Positions 1 to 10,693 of a DNA stretch of 60,277 nucleotides are shown one piece after another. The notes beneath the pieces were generated by a model. It ran no database searches and had not been told where the DNA came from. It worked only from the letters and a program-made list of their open reading frames with translations. Numbering within the stretch: position 1 is the first letter of the stretch; each line of letters begins with the position of its first letter. The position numbers and the translations under genes were made by a program. Source of the DNA: a virus (lineage: Duplodnaviria; Caudoviricetes); IMG/VR virus record IMGVR_UViG_3300030380_002146, positions 1 to 60,277 of that record. One strand, given 5' to 3'.

Positions 1-649
1 TAATTCTGCTAACACTTGGGAACGTAAAACTTTAACATTTATAGGTAATACTTCAGATGTTATTAATGATGATACTGGTGTAGGTATGCAATTAAACTGG
101 TTTTTAATGGCTGGAAGTAACTTTACATCAGGGTCAAATAGTGGTTGGGAAACTTTTGCTACTGCTAAACACGCAGTAGGGCATAATGCAAATGCAGTTG
201 CTACAACTGATAATGCAACATGGCAAATAACTGGAGTCCAACTAGAAGTTGGCTCACAAGCCACACCATTTGAGCATAGATCATTTACGGAAGAGCTAAT
301 GTTGTGTCAGAGGTATTATTATCAAGTTAAAGGTCCAGCTAAAGGAAGATTTGCAGCAGGTAACTATTTCTCTACAACTAGAGGAGATATTACTATTCCT
401 TTTGGAGGTGTAAAACAAAGAGGTGCACACGCATTAGAACATTCAGGTGTTAGCACCATTAATGTTACGTCTGCATCTGCTGAAGTAGCTTGTTCTGCTC
501 TTGCATTAGATAGTTCTGGAGGTGACATGGCTGCTTGTGTAAGATTTACTGTAGGTTCTACAGGTTACTCATCTGGTGCAGTTGGTCAGGTTTCTACTAT
601 GATATGTAGTGATGCTAATGCTTTTATAGCCTTTGATGCAGAATTATAG
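1..649 (+). CDS. Tail fibre-type virion protein, 5'-truncated
   Basis: Frame is open from nt 2 (NSANTWERKTLTF...) into the listed ORF at 86. Contains QITGVQLEVGSQATPFEHRS..EELMLCQRYY, typical of marine phage fibre proteins. Confidence 0.75.
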   Translation, partial: NSANTWERKTLTFIGNTSDVINDDTGVGMQLNWFLMAGSNFTSGSNSGWETFATAKHAVGHNANAVATTDNATWQITGVQLEVGSQATPFEHRSFTEELMLCQRYYYQVKGPAKGRFAAGNYFSTTRGDITIPFGGVKQRGAHALEHSGVSTINVTSASAEVACSALALDSSGGDMAACVRFTVGSTGYSSGAVGQVSTMICSDANAFIAFDAEL

Positions 650-658
650 GGAGTAATT

Positions 659-841
659 ATGTCTATAAAAACAGTAAAAAAAATACATAATCCAAAAACA
701 AATGCAGATGATGAAAATTATCTTATGTTATATAGGCATGACAATAAAGAGATTTGTGTTCCTATAAACACAGACCACAGATATTATAGAGAAATCCAAG
801 AATGGGTGGCTAAAGGCAACACAATAGAGGATGCTGATTGA
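659..841 (+). CDS. Small fibre-associated/chaperone-like protein
   Basis: GGAG RBS; motif VP...HRYYREIQEWVAKGNTIEDAD; follows the fibre gene. Confidence 0.55.
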   Translation: MSIKTVKKIHNPKTNADDENYLMLYRHDNKEICVPINTDHRYYREIQEWVAKGNTIEDAD

Positions 842-1320
842 TGTTAGGTCACTCATCCATTGCCGAAGCTTCGATTGCTGATGCAGGTGGTTCAATACAA
901 ATAGGCACAGCAGAAATGAGTGCAATAAGTTCTGCTCTTAGCGTAGGTGTAGGTACATTAGTTGGTGTATCTAGTATGAGTAGTATCTTTACTCAAACCA
1001 CAGAAGTAAATACTAAGGCTTCAGGAGTTATAGATATGTCGTCTATATTTACTGTTACAGCAGAAAATATAAAGTCAGTAAACCTCGCAACTGCAAGTTT
1101 AGATACTAACTTTATACAAACTGCTCAAGGTAATTTTACTACTACTGGAACTTCTTCTCAGCAAATAAGTTTTACAAAAACAACATCAGGAGATATACTG
1201 TTTGAAGAAGTAGTGACAAACGCAACTACAGAAACGTATACTACTATAACACCGTCTGGTACAGAAACTTGGACAACGATAACACCATCTGGTACAGAAA
1301 CTTGGACAGAAATACAGTGA
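838..1320 (+). CDS. Putative virion structural protein (Ser/Thr-rich)
   Basis: Coupled to neighbouring genes in the tail module; C-terminal TETWTTITPSG repeats. Confidence 0.55.
   Translation: MMLGHSSIAEASIADAGGSIQIGTAEMSAISSALSVGVGTLVGVSSMSSIFTQTTEVNTKASGVIDMSSIFTVTAENIKSVNLATASLDTNFIQTAQGNFTTTGTSSQQISFTKTTSGDILFEEVVTNATTETYTTITPSGTETWTTITPSGTETWTEIQ
1228..1317 (+). repeat. In-frame 33-bp tandem repeat (~2.7 copies)
   Basis: acagaaac(g/t)t...ataacacc(g/a)tctggt units encoding TETYTTITPSG / TETWTTITPSG / TETWTEIQ. Confidence 0.85.
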
Positions 1321-1327
1321 GGTAAAC

Positions 1328-1975
1328 ATGGCAAGTACATATACATCAAACACAGGAATAGAAAAAATAGGTGCTGGTGAACAATCTGGTACTTGGGGAA
1401 ATACCACCAATAACAATTTAGAAATAATCGACAGGGCTTTAAATGGAGTTGTTAGTTTAACTATAACTGGAAATAAACTTGTTACTACAAGCGATGGTTC
1501 TTTATCTGATGGGCAGTATAAAATATTACTTTTAACTGGATCTCCAGGATCACAATTTAATTTGCATTTAGATCCTAATGATCAACAAAAATGGTTCTTT
1601 ATAAAAAATAGTACAAACGCAATAGCAAAAGTTCGACAAGGTCCAGCAGATGCAGATGCTTCTGATGGTAGTGGAACAACTGTATCAATAGCATCAGGAA
1701 CATCAGCTATAGTCTTCGCAGATGGAACAGGTTCAAATTCTAATGTTAGTTCAATACCAACAGATTTATTAGGTGATACAACTCCTCAACTTGGTGGGGA
1801 TTTAGATACTAATGGTCAAGCAATTTTATTTGGATCAAGTAAATGGGCGATATCCTTAGATACTGGTGATAATGAATTATTATTTAAATATAATGGCACA
1901 ACTGTATTTAAATTAGGATCTAATGGTGCAGTAACATCAGCTAATAATATAACAGCATTTGGAACAAGTTTATAA
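1328..1975 (+). CDS. Putative tail fibre/structural protein
   Basis: N-terminal MASTY...GEQSGTWGNTTNNNL and the fibre motif DTTPQLGGDLDTNG; GAGG RBS. Confidence 0.65.
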   Translation: MASTYTSNTGIEKIGAGEQSGTWGNTTNNNLEIIDRALNGVVSLTITGNKLVTTSDGSLSDGQYKILLLTGSPGSQFNLHLDPNDQQKWFFIKNSTNAIAKVRQGPADADASDGSGTTVSIASGTSAIVFADGTGSNSNVSSIPTDLLGDTTPQLGGDLDTNGQAILFGSSKWAISLDTGDNELLFKYNGTTVFKLGSNGAVTSANNITAFGTSL

Positions 1976-3348
1976 TGGCAGCACTGCAAGCATCTGGGGC
2001 TATCTCATTTCAAGATATTGAAGAACAGTATACTCCAGGATCGAACTTACCAAGTCGAACTTTAACAGAATTTTATCTTGGTGGTTCATTGGTTCGTGCT
2101 AATGCTGGTAATAATTCTTCTACAAACATGTCTGCTGGTGTGCCTACTTCTGGTACTATTTCTTTTAATGATTTTTATAGTAAAGAAAGAGCTTTTAGGA
2201 AGACGTATACTTCTTCAGCTACTAATCAAAGTGCAGACAATATTTTTGGGGATGATTACGAAGTAGACTATCCAAAACAGTTTGTAATAAATGCCTCTCA
2301 AACTGTTGGTTCAACTAACCCATCTAATGCAGCTTTGACTATAGAAAGTAATGGTGTTGGTTCTATAACTATTACAAATAACGGAAGTATTGAAGGTGCT
2401 GGAGGTACAGCAAATGGTGGTAATGGTGGTAATGCACTTGAAGTGGCTGGAAGTGTTGCCGTAACTTTAGTTAATAATAGCACAATCAAATCTGGTGGTG
2501 GAGGAGGAGGTGCTGGGGGAGCAGGGGGTGCAGGAAGTGCTGGTTCCACGGCTACAATCTCTAGCGTAACAGACAAAACTGGAAACAAGCCTACTTTCGT
2601 TCCATATAGTGTAAACACTCAATTTGGTCCAAGATCATGGTCTGGTATTGGTTCTGGTCAATGGGGTTTAAATACATCAGGTAGTACAGTAATTTCTAAT
2701 ATATCTGCCAGAGGTCCAATGTGGTACTCGTTTCAAGTTAATAAATCTGCTGAATATACTTTATCTGGGTCTATTAGTGATCCTTTTCCAGAAGATGGTC
2801 AAACAGGTCATCGTGGTCAACCAAGAGTAGATATAAGCACAGCAGAAAATACAGCTAGTCAAGGTCAAGGTGGAGATTTATATGGTAGTGGTTTATCATG
2901 GAGTGGAGTAAAAGCACCTTTAGCTGCAAGTACAACATATTATTTTTGCAATTATACTGTTGGTTCAGGTTCAGGGTCGGCTTTTTTCTATAATGATATG
3001 AGTACTAGTTTATCTTTATCGGTTAATGAGCCAACTTCTGGTGGATCGGCTGGAGCAGGTGGTGTAGGTCAAGGTTATGATCAAGCTGCTGGTTCAGCAG
3101 GTAGTGGTGGATCTGGTGGCACTAATGCAGGTAATGGTGGTGATGGAGGTGCAGGTGGGGCTTTTGGTGCAGATGGCTCTGCTGGAAGTAATGGTGCAGA
3201 CGGATCTGGAACAACAATAAGTTACCCATCTTCTGCTCCAAGTAACGGTGCAAGTGCAGGAAGTGCAGGAAGTGCTGGTAAGTCAATACAAGGTTTTAGT
3301 AATGTTACATCAAGTGGTAGTGGTTCTTTAACTGGGAGTACAGCGTAA
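1975..3348 (+). CDS. Glycine-rich adhesin/receptor-binding protein (gp38-like architecture)
   Basis: N-terminal SGAISFQDI...VPTSGTISFNDFY, ITNNGSIEGAGG, and multiple GGxGG polyglycine tracts flanking a non-repetitive central domain. Confidence 0.6.
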   Translation: MAALQASGAISFQDIEEQYTPGSNLPSRTLTEFYLGGSLVRANAGNNSSTNMSAGVPTSGTISFNDFYSKERAFRKTYTSSATNQSADNIFGDDYEVDYPKQFVINASQTVGSTNPSNAALTIESNGVGSITITNNGSIEGAGGTANGGNGGNALEVAGSVAVTLVNNSTIKSGGGGGGAGGAGGAGSAGSTATISSVTDKTGNKPTFVPYSVNTQFGPRSWSGIGSGQWGLNTSGSTVISNISARGPMWYSFQVNKSAEYTLSGSISDPFPEDGQTGHRGQPRVDISTAENTASQGQGGDLYGSGLSWSGVKAPLAASTTYYFCNYTVGSGSGSAFFYNDMSTSLSLSVNEPTSGGSAGAGGVGQGYDQAAGSAGSGGSGGTNAGNGGDGGAGGAFGADGSAGSNGADGSGTTISYPSSAPSNGASAGSAGSAGKSIQGFSNVTSSGSGSLTGSTA

Positions 3349-5564
3349 TGCCTATGAAAGCAATAAAATTCAAACCTGGAGTTGTTTCAGACCTTACATC
3401 ATATAGCAACGAAGGTGGATTTGTTGATGGTGATAAAGTAAGGTTTAGGTTTGGTTTTCCAGAAAAGTTTGGTGGTTGGGAAAAATACAGTTCTAATACT
3501 TATCTTGGAAGTGCAAGACGATTACATAATTGGGTGGCTCTTGATGGTTCTGATTTTATGGGTATTGGAACACACTTAAAATACTATATAGAAGAAGGAC
3601 AAACATTTACTGATATTACACCATTAAGAACTGAAGTTACAAGTGGAGTAACTTTTACAACGAATACTACTACTGGTACAGAATCTCAAGTATTAGTAGA
3701 CTCTACGGCTCATGGTGCAAATCTTAATGATTTTGTTACAATATCTAATGCAGAAACTACTGCTGGTATTAGTGCAGACACTATGAATAAAGAACATCAA
3801 ATAACAGAAATTATTAGTTCAAATGTATTTAAAATCGATGTTGGGGCTAATGCTTCTTCTGTCGTTACAGATGATAATTTTAAAAGTTCAGGAAGTGTTA
3901 CGTTAAACTTTCAAATAAATGTAGGTTTAGATAATACTGTTGGTGGTACAGGTTGGGGTGCTGGTCAATGGAGTGGTACAACAAGTGGAACTTTGGCTAC
4001 AACAATAAATGAAGGAGGAACCTTTTCTAATTCAGATACAACCTTAACTGTTGCTAGTGGAACTGGAATATCAGTTGGTGATACTATATTAATAGAAAAA
4101 GAGTTATTATTTGTATCAGGTGTGTCTACAAACGACTTAACAGTGGCTCGTGGACATACAGGACTTCATGCTAATTCAACACCAACGGCAGGAACGGCAA
4201 GCTCTACTCAAAACGCAAATTCTTTTTCAGCAGCAACAACCCATGTAAATGGAACTTTAGTACGATTAGCTTTTGGTAATACAAGCACTAGTAATGACTT
4301 CGTTGGTTGGGGTAATGCAGCAAGTGTGACAATTCCTGGAGCACAAATTAGATTATGGTCGCATGATAATTTTGGTGAAGACTTAATAATGAACGCAAGA
4401 GACGGTGGAATATATTATTGGGATAAAACAAACGGTTTAGGTAATAGAGCAAAAGAATTAAGTGATACAAGTACATTTAATAATGAAACTAGTGTTCCTC
4501 AAATAGCTAAACAAATTCTTGTTTCTGACCAAGATAGACACGTTATCGTATTTGGATGCGATGGTCTAGGGGCTACTCCTACAACTCAACGAGGAGATGG
4601 TGTTCAAGATCCATTATTAATACGCTTTTCTTCGCAAGAAAATCCAGTAGATTTTTTCCCAACTGCTACAAATACTGCAGGCGATTTAAGGTTAGGTGGA
4701 GGATCTACTTTTATGCAAGCTGTAGAAACAAAGCAACAGATACTTGTTTTTACTAATAAAACATTACACGCTATGAAGTTTATTGGTCCACCGTTTACTT
4801 TTGGTTTACAAGAACTTTCTAAAAATATTACAATTATGAGTCCTTTTTCTGCTATAGCTGTTGAAGATGCAGTTTTTTGGATGGGTGTAGATACATTTTA
4901 TATTTTTGCTGGAGGTCAAACAGCACAATTACCCTGTACTGTAAAAGATAAAGTGTTTTTAGATTTTAACTTAGAAGAACGAGATAAAGTTCATGTAGGT
5001 TTAAATTCTGAATTTAGTGAAATATTATGGTTTTATCCTTCTTCTGCTGGTAGAGAAATAGATAAGTATGTTTGTTATAACTATACAGAAAAAGTTTGGT
5101 ATTTTGGAACACTTGTAAGACAGGCATGGCTCGATAGAGGTATAAGAACATTACCACAAGCAACAGGTGGTCAATTTCTCTATAACCATGAAACAGGGTT
5201 TGATGATGACGGTGCTGCTATGACATCGTTTATTGAATCTTCAGCGATTGATATAGGGGATGGTGATAAGTTTGTGTTTTTAAAACAAGTTATTCCTGAT
5301 GTTACATTTAACGGTTCTACAAGTGTAAACCCAGATGTAGCCTTTACAATGAAAGTAAGAAATAATCCTGGGGCTGATTTTCATGAGTCTACTTCAAGTA
5401 CAACGACAAGAACTGCAACAAGTCCTGTAGAACAGTTTACAGAAAAATTAAATTATCGTTTACGAGGTAGGTCTTTTGCATTAAGAATAGAATCTACATC
5501 ATTAGGAACGAAATATAAATTAGGAACACCAAGAATTGATATACGAGAGGATGGTAGACGCTGA
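3348..5564 (+). CDS. Tail nozzle/stabilisation protein (P22 gp10 / T7 gp12-like position)
   Basis: 738 aa, beta-rich; DGDKVRFRFGFPEKFGGW, IRFSSQE and VFWMG motifs; lies just before the ejection proteins. Confidence 0.65.
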   Translation: MPMKAIKFKPGVVSDLTSYSNEGGFVDGDKVRFRFGFPEKFGGWEKYSSNTYLGSARRLHNWVALDGSDFMGIGTHLKYYIEEGQTFTDITPLRTEVTSGVTFTTNTTTGTESQVLVDSTAHGANLNDFVTISNAETTAGISADTMNKEHQITEIISSNVFKIDVGANASSVVTDDNFKSSGSVTLNFQINVGLDNTVGGTGWGAGQWSGTTSGTLATTINEGGTFSNSDTTLTVASGTGISVGDTILIEKELLFVSGVSTNDLTVARGHTGLHANSTPTAGTASSTQNANSFSAATTHVNGTLVRLAFGNTSTSNDFVGWGNAASVTIPGAQIRLWSHDNFGEDLIMNARDGGIYYWDKTNGLGNRAKELSDTSTFNNETSVPQIAKQILVSDQDRHVIVFGCDGLGATPTTQRGDGVQDPLLIRFSSQENPVDFFPTATNTAGDLRLGGGSTFMQAVETKQQILVFTNKTLHAMKFIGPPFTFGLQELSKNITIMSPFSAIAVEDAVFWMGVDTFYIFAGGQTAQLPCTVKDKVFLDFNLEERDKVHVGLNSEFSEILWFYPSSAGREIDKYVCYNYTEKVWYFGTLVRQAWLDRGIRTLPQATGGQFLYNHETGFDDDGAAMTSFIESSAIDIGDGDKFVFLKQVIPDVTFNGSTSVNPDVAFTMKVRNNPGADFHESTSSTTTRTATSPVEQFTEKLNYRLRGRSFALRIESTSLGTKYKLGTPRIDIREDGRR

Positions 5565-5983
5565 TGTTAATAAACAGTATTCCACAGTATATTCAAGGTA
5601 TTACAAATGCAAAAATAGATTTAACAGCAACTGATCTTGAGACCCTATTTACAGTTCCTAGTGATGCCGATTTTAATGCCGTTGTAGTTAGTTCTATTTT
5701 AGTATCTAATGACGATACATCTAACGCCTCTACTATTACAGTAACTGTCGTTGGAAATGGACTTAATTCAGCAGGAGCAGTAACTGCTCATACTTTTAGT
5801 TTATTTAAGGATTCAGCCATCGCTGCTAAAACAACAGTAGAGCTTTTAACGAAAGATATAATTTTAAAAAGTGGAGAAGTTTTACAGGTACAAGCTGGTC
5901 ATGCAGATAGATTACATGTCTTAGCTAGTATTCAAGAATTATCAAAAACAAGAATTACAACAAGTGCGATAGTGAGTATATAG
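5564..5983 (+). CDS. Small beta-rich virion protein (paralog of 56037..56396)
   Basis: SILVSN...ITV...LFKD..I...TTVELL...IILKSGE pattern is shared with 56037..56396. Confidence 0.55.
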   Translation: MLINSIPQYIQGITNAKIDLTATDLETLFTVPSDADFNAVVVSSILVSNDDTSNASTITVTVVGNGLNSAGAVTAHTFSLFKDSAIAAKTTVELLTKDIILKSGEVLQVQAGHADRLHVLASIQELSKTRITTSAIVSI

Positions 5984-6027
5984 ATAAAAGGATTGTAAAA
6001 TGAATTATTATAAGTTATGGTATCAAC

Positions 6028-7095
6028 ATGATTGCTCCGTATGAAAACCAAGCTAAAGGTTTAGCAAGTTTAGGTAGGTATGAAGATACTTATATTGTTC
6101 ATGCTGCAGAGGGCGAAACAGTTATTCCTAAAGAAGTTTTGGCTAGTAATCCAAAATTAAAAGAAGACATTTTTAAACAAATGCGTGCAGTTGGTATAGA
6201 ACAGCCAGAGAGTTATATTGTTGGTGATGCTTTAAATTCTAGAAACCCTATAACTGGACAGCCAGAGTTTTTCTTTAAGTCTTTAAAAAAGTTCCTTCCA
6301 ACTATTGGTGCTATCGTTGGTAATATACTACTTCCAGGAATTGGTGGTGCTATTGGTTCTGGTTTAGGAAGTCTTGCTGCAGGACAAAGTGTAGAACAAT
6401 CTCTTGTAAATGCTGGTCTTTCTTATGTGGGTGGAAAATATGTGGCTCCACAACTCGATAAAGCAGTAGCAGGGTTTAGTGGAGGAACTGTACCTACAAT
6501 AGGTTCTACTATTGGATCTGGAGCAAAATATGCTGTTACAGGTCCAGCTGCAGCAGGATCGAGTTTACTTTCTGGTGCAGGAGCAACTATACCTCAAGTT
6601 GTTACAGCAGGACTAACCCCTACAGTAGGGAAAGAACTTATGAAACTTGCAGAAGTACCTGAAATAGAGGCTTCTAATAAAAACAGTATTGTAGATGATT
6701 ATTATGCTGCATTAGCAAGAGGAGAAAACCCTCCATTACCTGCAGAGTTAACCCCTCCTCCTGAATCTGCTTTATTTGCACAGGAAAAACAGGGTGCACC
6801 AAGAGATCCTCAAGAATTTCTAGCTAATGTTGATTATGAGGCATTACTAAATAATGTTCTTAACAGACGAATGTTTTTAAATGCTGCCAATGGTGGGTAT
6901 ATTACTGGTCCAGGATCACCAACTAGTGATTCCATTCCTACAAGGTTATCTAATACAGAGTTTGTACAAACAGGAAAAGCCGTAGCTGGGGCAGATCCAA
7001 CAGGTAATAACAACCCTGACCAAGGAGCAAAAGTTATGGCAGGGATTATGAGGGCTTTTGAACAAAAAGCTGATCAAAATGCGAGGAGAGCATAA
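6028..7095 (+). CDS. Putative internal virion (ejection) protein
   Basis: VHAAEGETVIP and RNPITGQPEFFF motifs, Gly/Ala-rich hydrophobic stretch, and C-terminal NGGYITGPGSPTSDSIPTRLSNTEFV resembling tape-measure C-terminal motifs. Confidence 0.6.
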   Translation: MIAPYENQAKGLASLGRYEDTYIVHAAEGETVIPKEVLASNPKLKEDIFKQMRAVGIEQPESYIVGDALNSRNPITGQPEFFFKSLKKFLPTIGAIVGNILLPGIGGAIGSGLGSLAAGQSVEQSLVNAGLSYVGGKYVAPQLDKAVAGFSGGTVPTIGSTIGSGAKYAVTGPAAAGSSLLSGAGATIPQVVTAGLTPTVGKELMKLAEVPEIEASNKNSIVDDYYAALARGENPPLPAELTPPPESALFAQEKQGAPRDPQEFLANVDYEALLNNVLNRRMFLNAANGGYITGPGSPTSDSIPTRLSNTEFVQTGKAVAGADPTGNNNPDQGAKVMAGIMRAFEQKADQNARRA

Positions 7096-8033
7096 TGGCA
7101 ACTACAGAACAAACCACCATTACAAGGCAAGCCCCTTTTTTAGAAGACTATGCTCGTAAGTTATTAGAATCAAGTTATCAAAAATCACAAGATCCTGTAA
7201 ATATACCTGATATAAATATAGCAGGTTTTACCCCAGATCAAAAATCAGCCATAGAAAAAACTAGAGAAGGTATAGGGGCTTTTGAACCTTTTATCTCTTC
7301 TGCAGGTGATACGATTACCGATGCAATAGGTAGACCTTCTGTAGATGAAACATATAGTGCAGAAGGAATAGCTAAATTTTTTAATCCTTATACTCAACAA
7401 GTAGTAGATACAACTTTATCTGATATTGGTAGACAAGGTCAAATTGCACAAAATAGATTGGCTGGACAGGGCGTGGGTCAAGGAGCATTCGGAGGATCGA
7501 GGTCAGCTATTGCTGCTGGAGGATTACAAAGAGACGTACTAGACCAGCAAGCTAAGTCTGCAGGTCAACTAAGAGCAGCAGGATTTGAGTCTGCTTTACA
7601 ACAATCTAGAAATTTAGCTGACGCACAAATACGAGAAAGAAGTTTATTAGGACAGTTAGCTGGACAGCAAGCAGGGTTAGGTGGATTAAAACAACAACTT
7701 CAACAACAAGATGTAGCTAATTTATTAGGTATTGGGTCTTTACAACAAGGTCAAGCTCAAGCGTTACTTGATGCACAAAGACAAACAGAGTTACAACAAG
7801 CCTATGAGCCTTACCAAAGATTAGGGTTCTTTAGTGATATATTAAGGGGTGTTCCGTCTTCTCAGCAAACTACAACTTCTGTTACTGCTCCAACTCCGTC
7901 GTTACTTTCTCAGATAGGTGGTGTTGCTGCAACAGGATTAGGATTAGCAGGACAGTTAGGTTATAGACCTTTTGGTAATGATTCATCAGGACTTGGTAAT
8001 TTTAACTTTGCTAGTTTAGGGGGTAGTAAGTAA
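7095..8033 (+). CDS. Putative internal virion (ejection) protein
   Basis: Gln/Ala/Gly-rich; FFNPYTQQVVD and GAFGGSR motifs seen in podophage DNA-transfer proteins. Confidence 0.6.
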   Translation: MATTEQTTITRQAPFLEDYARKLLESSYQKSQDPVNIPDINIAGFTPDQKSAIEKTREGIGAFEPFISSAGDTITDAIGRPSVDETYSAEGIAKFFNPYTQQVVDTTLSDIGRQGQIAQNRLAGQGVGQGAFGGSRSAIAAGGLQRDVLDQQAKSAGQLRAAGFESALQQSRNLADAQIRERSLLGQLAGQQAGLGGLKQQLQQQDVANLLGIGSLQQGQAQALLDAQRQTELQQAYEPYQRLGFFSDILRGVPSSQQTTTSVTAPTPSLLSQIGGVAATGLGLAGQLGYRPFGNDSSGLGNFNFASLGGSK

Positions 8034-10693
8034 TGGTAATGAACCCCTTTGAGATGTTGTTAAATAACTCTCAGTTTAAAACAGCAGGTCGTTCAAAGTT
8101 TTTAGACCAAGGCACTGGAGGGGCTAATACTAGTGGGCTTAGTGATCAAAGGCTAGTTCCTTTTGCAAATGTACAACAAGAACCACAGATAGATTTAAAA
8201 AGTAGTTTTAATCAAGTTGATAATGCTGATTTAAAAAAAGTAGGTAAAAGTGTTTTTGCTCCAGAAGGAATGAATGTAAACTTTAATGAGTTGGATAATA
8301 AAGATATTAATAGTTTAGCTACAGATAACCCTGAAAAGGTAACAGAAAAAGCAAAATCTTTTTACGATGGTGGTGGGGAAATAACAAAAATATTAGGTGC
8401 ATTAAATAAATTATCAACAGGTGGAAAAGAAGTTGATAAATTATATAAAGGTTTGATTGCAAAAGCTGAGCCTGATCCAGCAAAAGCAAAGAAAATGGTA
8501 AAAGACTTTTTTGGAACTGACCCTGAAAAAGAAACTCCTGCGTGGGCTGATGCTGCACTTGCTATAGGAGAATCTTTATTAAGTGCCGATCCAAATAAAA
8601 CAGGATTACAAACTCTTGGACTTGCTTTAGGCGAGGGAGGAAAAGCAGCAAAAGTATCGAAAGCAAAAACTAAGGCAAAAGATTCAGCTATGATGCAATT
8701 AGCCTTCGGTGTTTATAAAGAGGATAAAAAATCTCAAACTGCTCTTTTAGCAAACTATGAAAAGTTTAAACAAAAGCAAAGCGAAAACACAGCTAAGTTA
8801 GGCAAAAACTTAACAGACCTTTTATATAAAGATAAGAAATTTAATCAAGAAGAACAAAAAGCAATAGAAAGTGCAATTACATCTACAGCAAATTTATTTC
8901 CAAAAGAAGTAAGAGGTGACTTGTTTCAAGCTATAGCTAAGAACAGAAGTATATTTGACGGTGTAAGTATAGATAAAATACCACAAGCTATTTTTGCTTT
9001 AGCTAAAGATAGTGGTATAGAAACGAATGAAACAAACGCAAGTAATTTTGTAAAAGCCGATGTAAAGATAAATGATAAAGTTCAGTTTGATTTTTTTAAA
9101 CAAAAATTTCCAGATCAGTTTAGAGATATAGTTTATGATCCTGCAAAATCTTATACGATAAAAGGTTTTACGGATAAAACGAAAACAGGTTCAATACAAG
9201 ATAATATTTCTCAAGTTAGTGTAAGTTTTAGTAATTTAAATCCTTCAAAATCTGGGTTTCTTGCTTTATTAGAAGCAGAAAAAGAATTAAATAAAGCTGT
9301 CTTTGCTGAAAAAAACCCAAGAAAAAGAGGACTACTACAAGCAGAGTTACAAAGTATAAAAGCTAAAATAACTAAAGAAATAACTCCTACAGACACCAGA
9401 CCAGAAATATTAAAACTTCAAACTAGTCTTGAAGAGTTAAAAAAAGACCCAGGAAAGAATGCATCAAAAATTAAACAAATAGAAGCAAAAATTGCTAAAG
9501 CTACAACCCAGCCTGATAATAGAACGGCACTAAAAAAAGAACAAAACGATTTAGCCTCTTTAGAACAAGAACAAAAGAGTGTCTCGTTTGGTGCTGCTGG
9601 AAGACCATTAGAAGTAATAAATAGAGAAATAGAACAAGTTAAGGCTCGCATAAAAAAGTTAACACAAGAAACAAAAGGTAATATTGTTTACATGGGTCCA
9701 GACGGTTCTTTTTACAGTGGTCCACCAGGAGCAGGAGGAATCGATGAAGTGAAGAATAAGTCCATTATAAACGAAATAGAAAAAAGTCAAGTTGGGTTTG
9801 TTCGTGCTGCTTACATAGGTGACTCTATACTTCAAAATCTTGCAAAAGAAATTGGTGATGAGTCTGTAGGTGCTTTTCAAGCATTAGGAACTTTAATTGA
9901 AGGAGCGAAGCTACAAATAGGAAACTTCGGTTTTGTTATGAGTCCAGAACAAGAAGCGAAATATGACGGTGGTAATATTGATGCCTTAATTTCTGGTAAC
10001 TCAGGAAAGACATCTAATATATTTAAACGATTTAAAGAAGCAGCAGGAAATAATCAAAATTTAATGTCTGCTATTATGGATTATGCTTTTGCATTAGCGT
10101 CTAGTAGAGAAACTGGAAAACTAACAGATAAAGATGTTGCTGCAGCATTACAAACAATAGGTGGTGGTAATATTGCTGATGGTGATTGGTTCGTAAATAA
10201 AGATAAAGTTATTAACGGTGTTAGTAATGCTATAAATTTATCTAGTAATGCTCTTGGTGTAAGGATGAATCAATTTTTTTCTAAAACAAGAAAGATGGAA
10301 GAGAAAAACGGAAACACTGACCTTGACCAGTTTCGATACAATCCTATTAAACTGATAAAAGAATTATCACCTGACACAACTTTATATGAGAGAATGTATG
10401 TAGGAAAAACAAATTTTGCTTTAAATGGTTTATCTTATATGAAATTTAACAAATACCAAAAAGCTATGGGTAACGATCCTAATATAGATCCAAAGCCAGA
10501 AGGAGGAGGAGGAAAGACATCAACACTATCTCCCGAACTTACTGATTTAAAGAATAAAATATCAGGAATAAGTATTTTATTAAATAATTCAAATAAAAGC
10601 GTGGCTGACGCAGCAAAAGAACAAATAAACAAAATTTTATTAGGCTTGAGCAGTGAAGAGTCTAAACTAATACGGGAAGCTCTTAAACAATGA
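8033..10693 (+). CDS. Large putative internal virion protein
   Basis: 886 aa, helical and Lys-rich with internal coiled-coil-like repeats; located in the ejection module. Confidence 0.5.
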   Translation: MVMNPFEMLLNNSQFKTAGRSKFLDQGTGGANTSGLSDQRLVPFANVQQEPQIDLKSSFNQVDNADLKKVGKSVFAPEGMNVNFNELDNKDINSLATDNPEKVTEKAKSFYDGGGEITKILGALNKLSTGGKEVDKLYKGLIAKAEPDPAKAKKMVKDFFGTDPEKETPAWADAALAIGESLLSADPNKTGLQTLGLALGEGGKAAKVSKAKTKAKDSAMMQLAFGVYKEDKKSQTALLANYEKFKQKQSENTAKLGKNLTDLLYKDKKFNQEEQKAIESAITSTANLFPKEVRGDLFQAIAKNRSIFDGVSIDKIPQAIFALAKDSGIETNETNASNFVKADVKINDKVQFDFFKQKFPDQFRDIVYDPAKSYTIKGFTDKTKTGSIQDNISQVSVSFSNLNPSKSGFLALLEAEKELNKAVFAEKNPRKRGLLQAELQSIKAKITKEITPTDTRPEILKLQTSLEELKKDPGKNASKIKQIEAKIAKATTQPDNRTALKKEQNDLASLEQEQKSVSFGAAGRPLEVINREIEQVKARIKKLTQETKGNIVYMGPDGSFYSGPPGAGGIDEVKNKSIINEIEKSQVGFVRAAYIGDSILQNLAKEIGDESVGAFQALGTLIEGAKLQIGNFGFVMSPEQEAKYDGGNIDALISGNSGKTSNIFKRFKEAAGNNQNLMSAIMDYAFALASSRETGKLTDKDVAAALQTIGGGNIADGDWFVNKDKVINGVSNAINLSSNALGVRMNQFFSKTRKMEEKNGNTDLDQFRYNPIKLIKELSPDTTLYERMYVGKTNFALNGLSYMKFNKYQKAMGNDPNIDPKPEGGGGKTSTLSPELTDLKNKISGISILLNNSNKSVADAAKEQINKILLGLSSEESKLIREALKQ

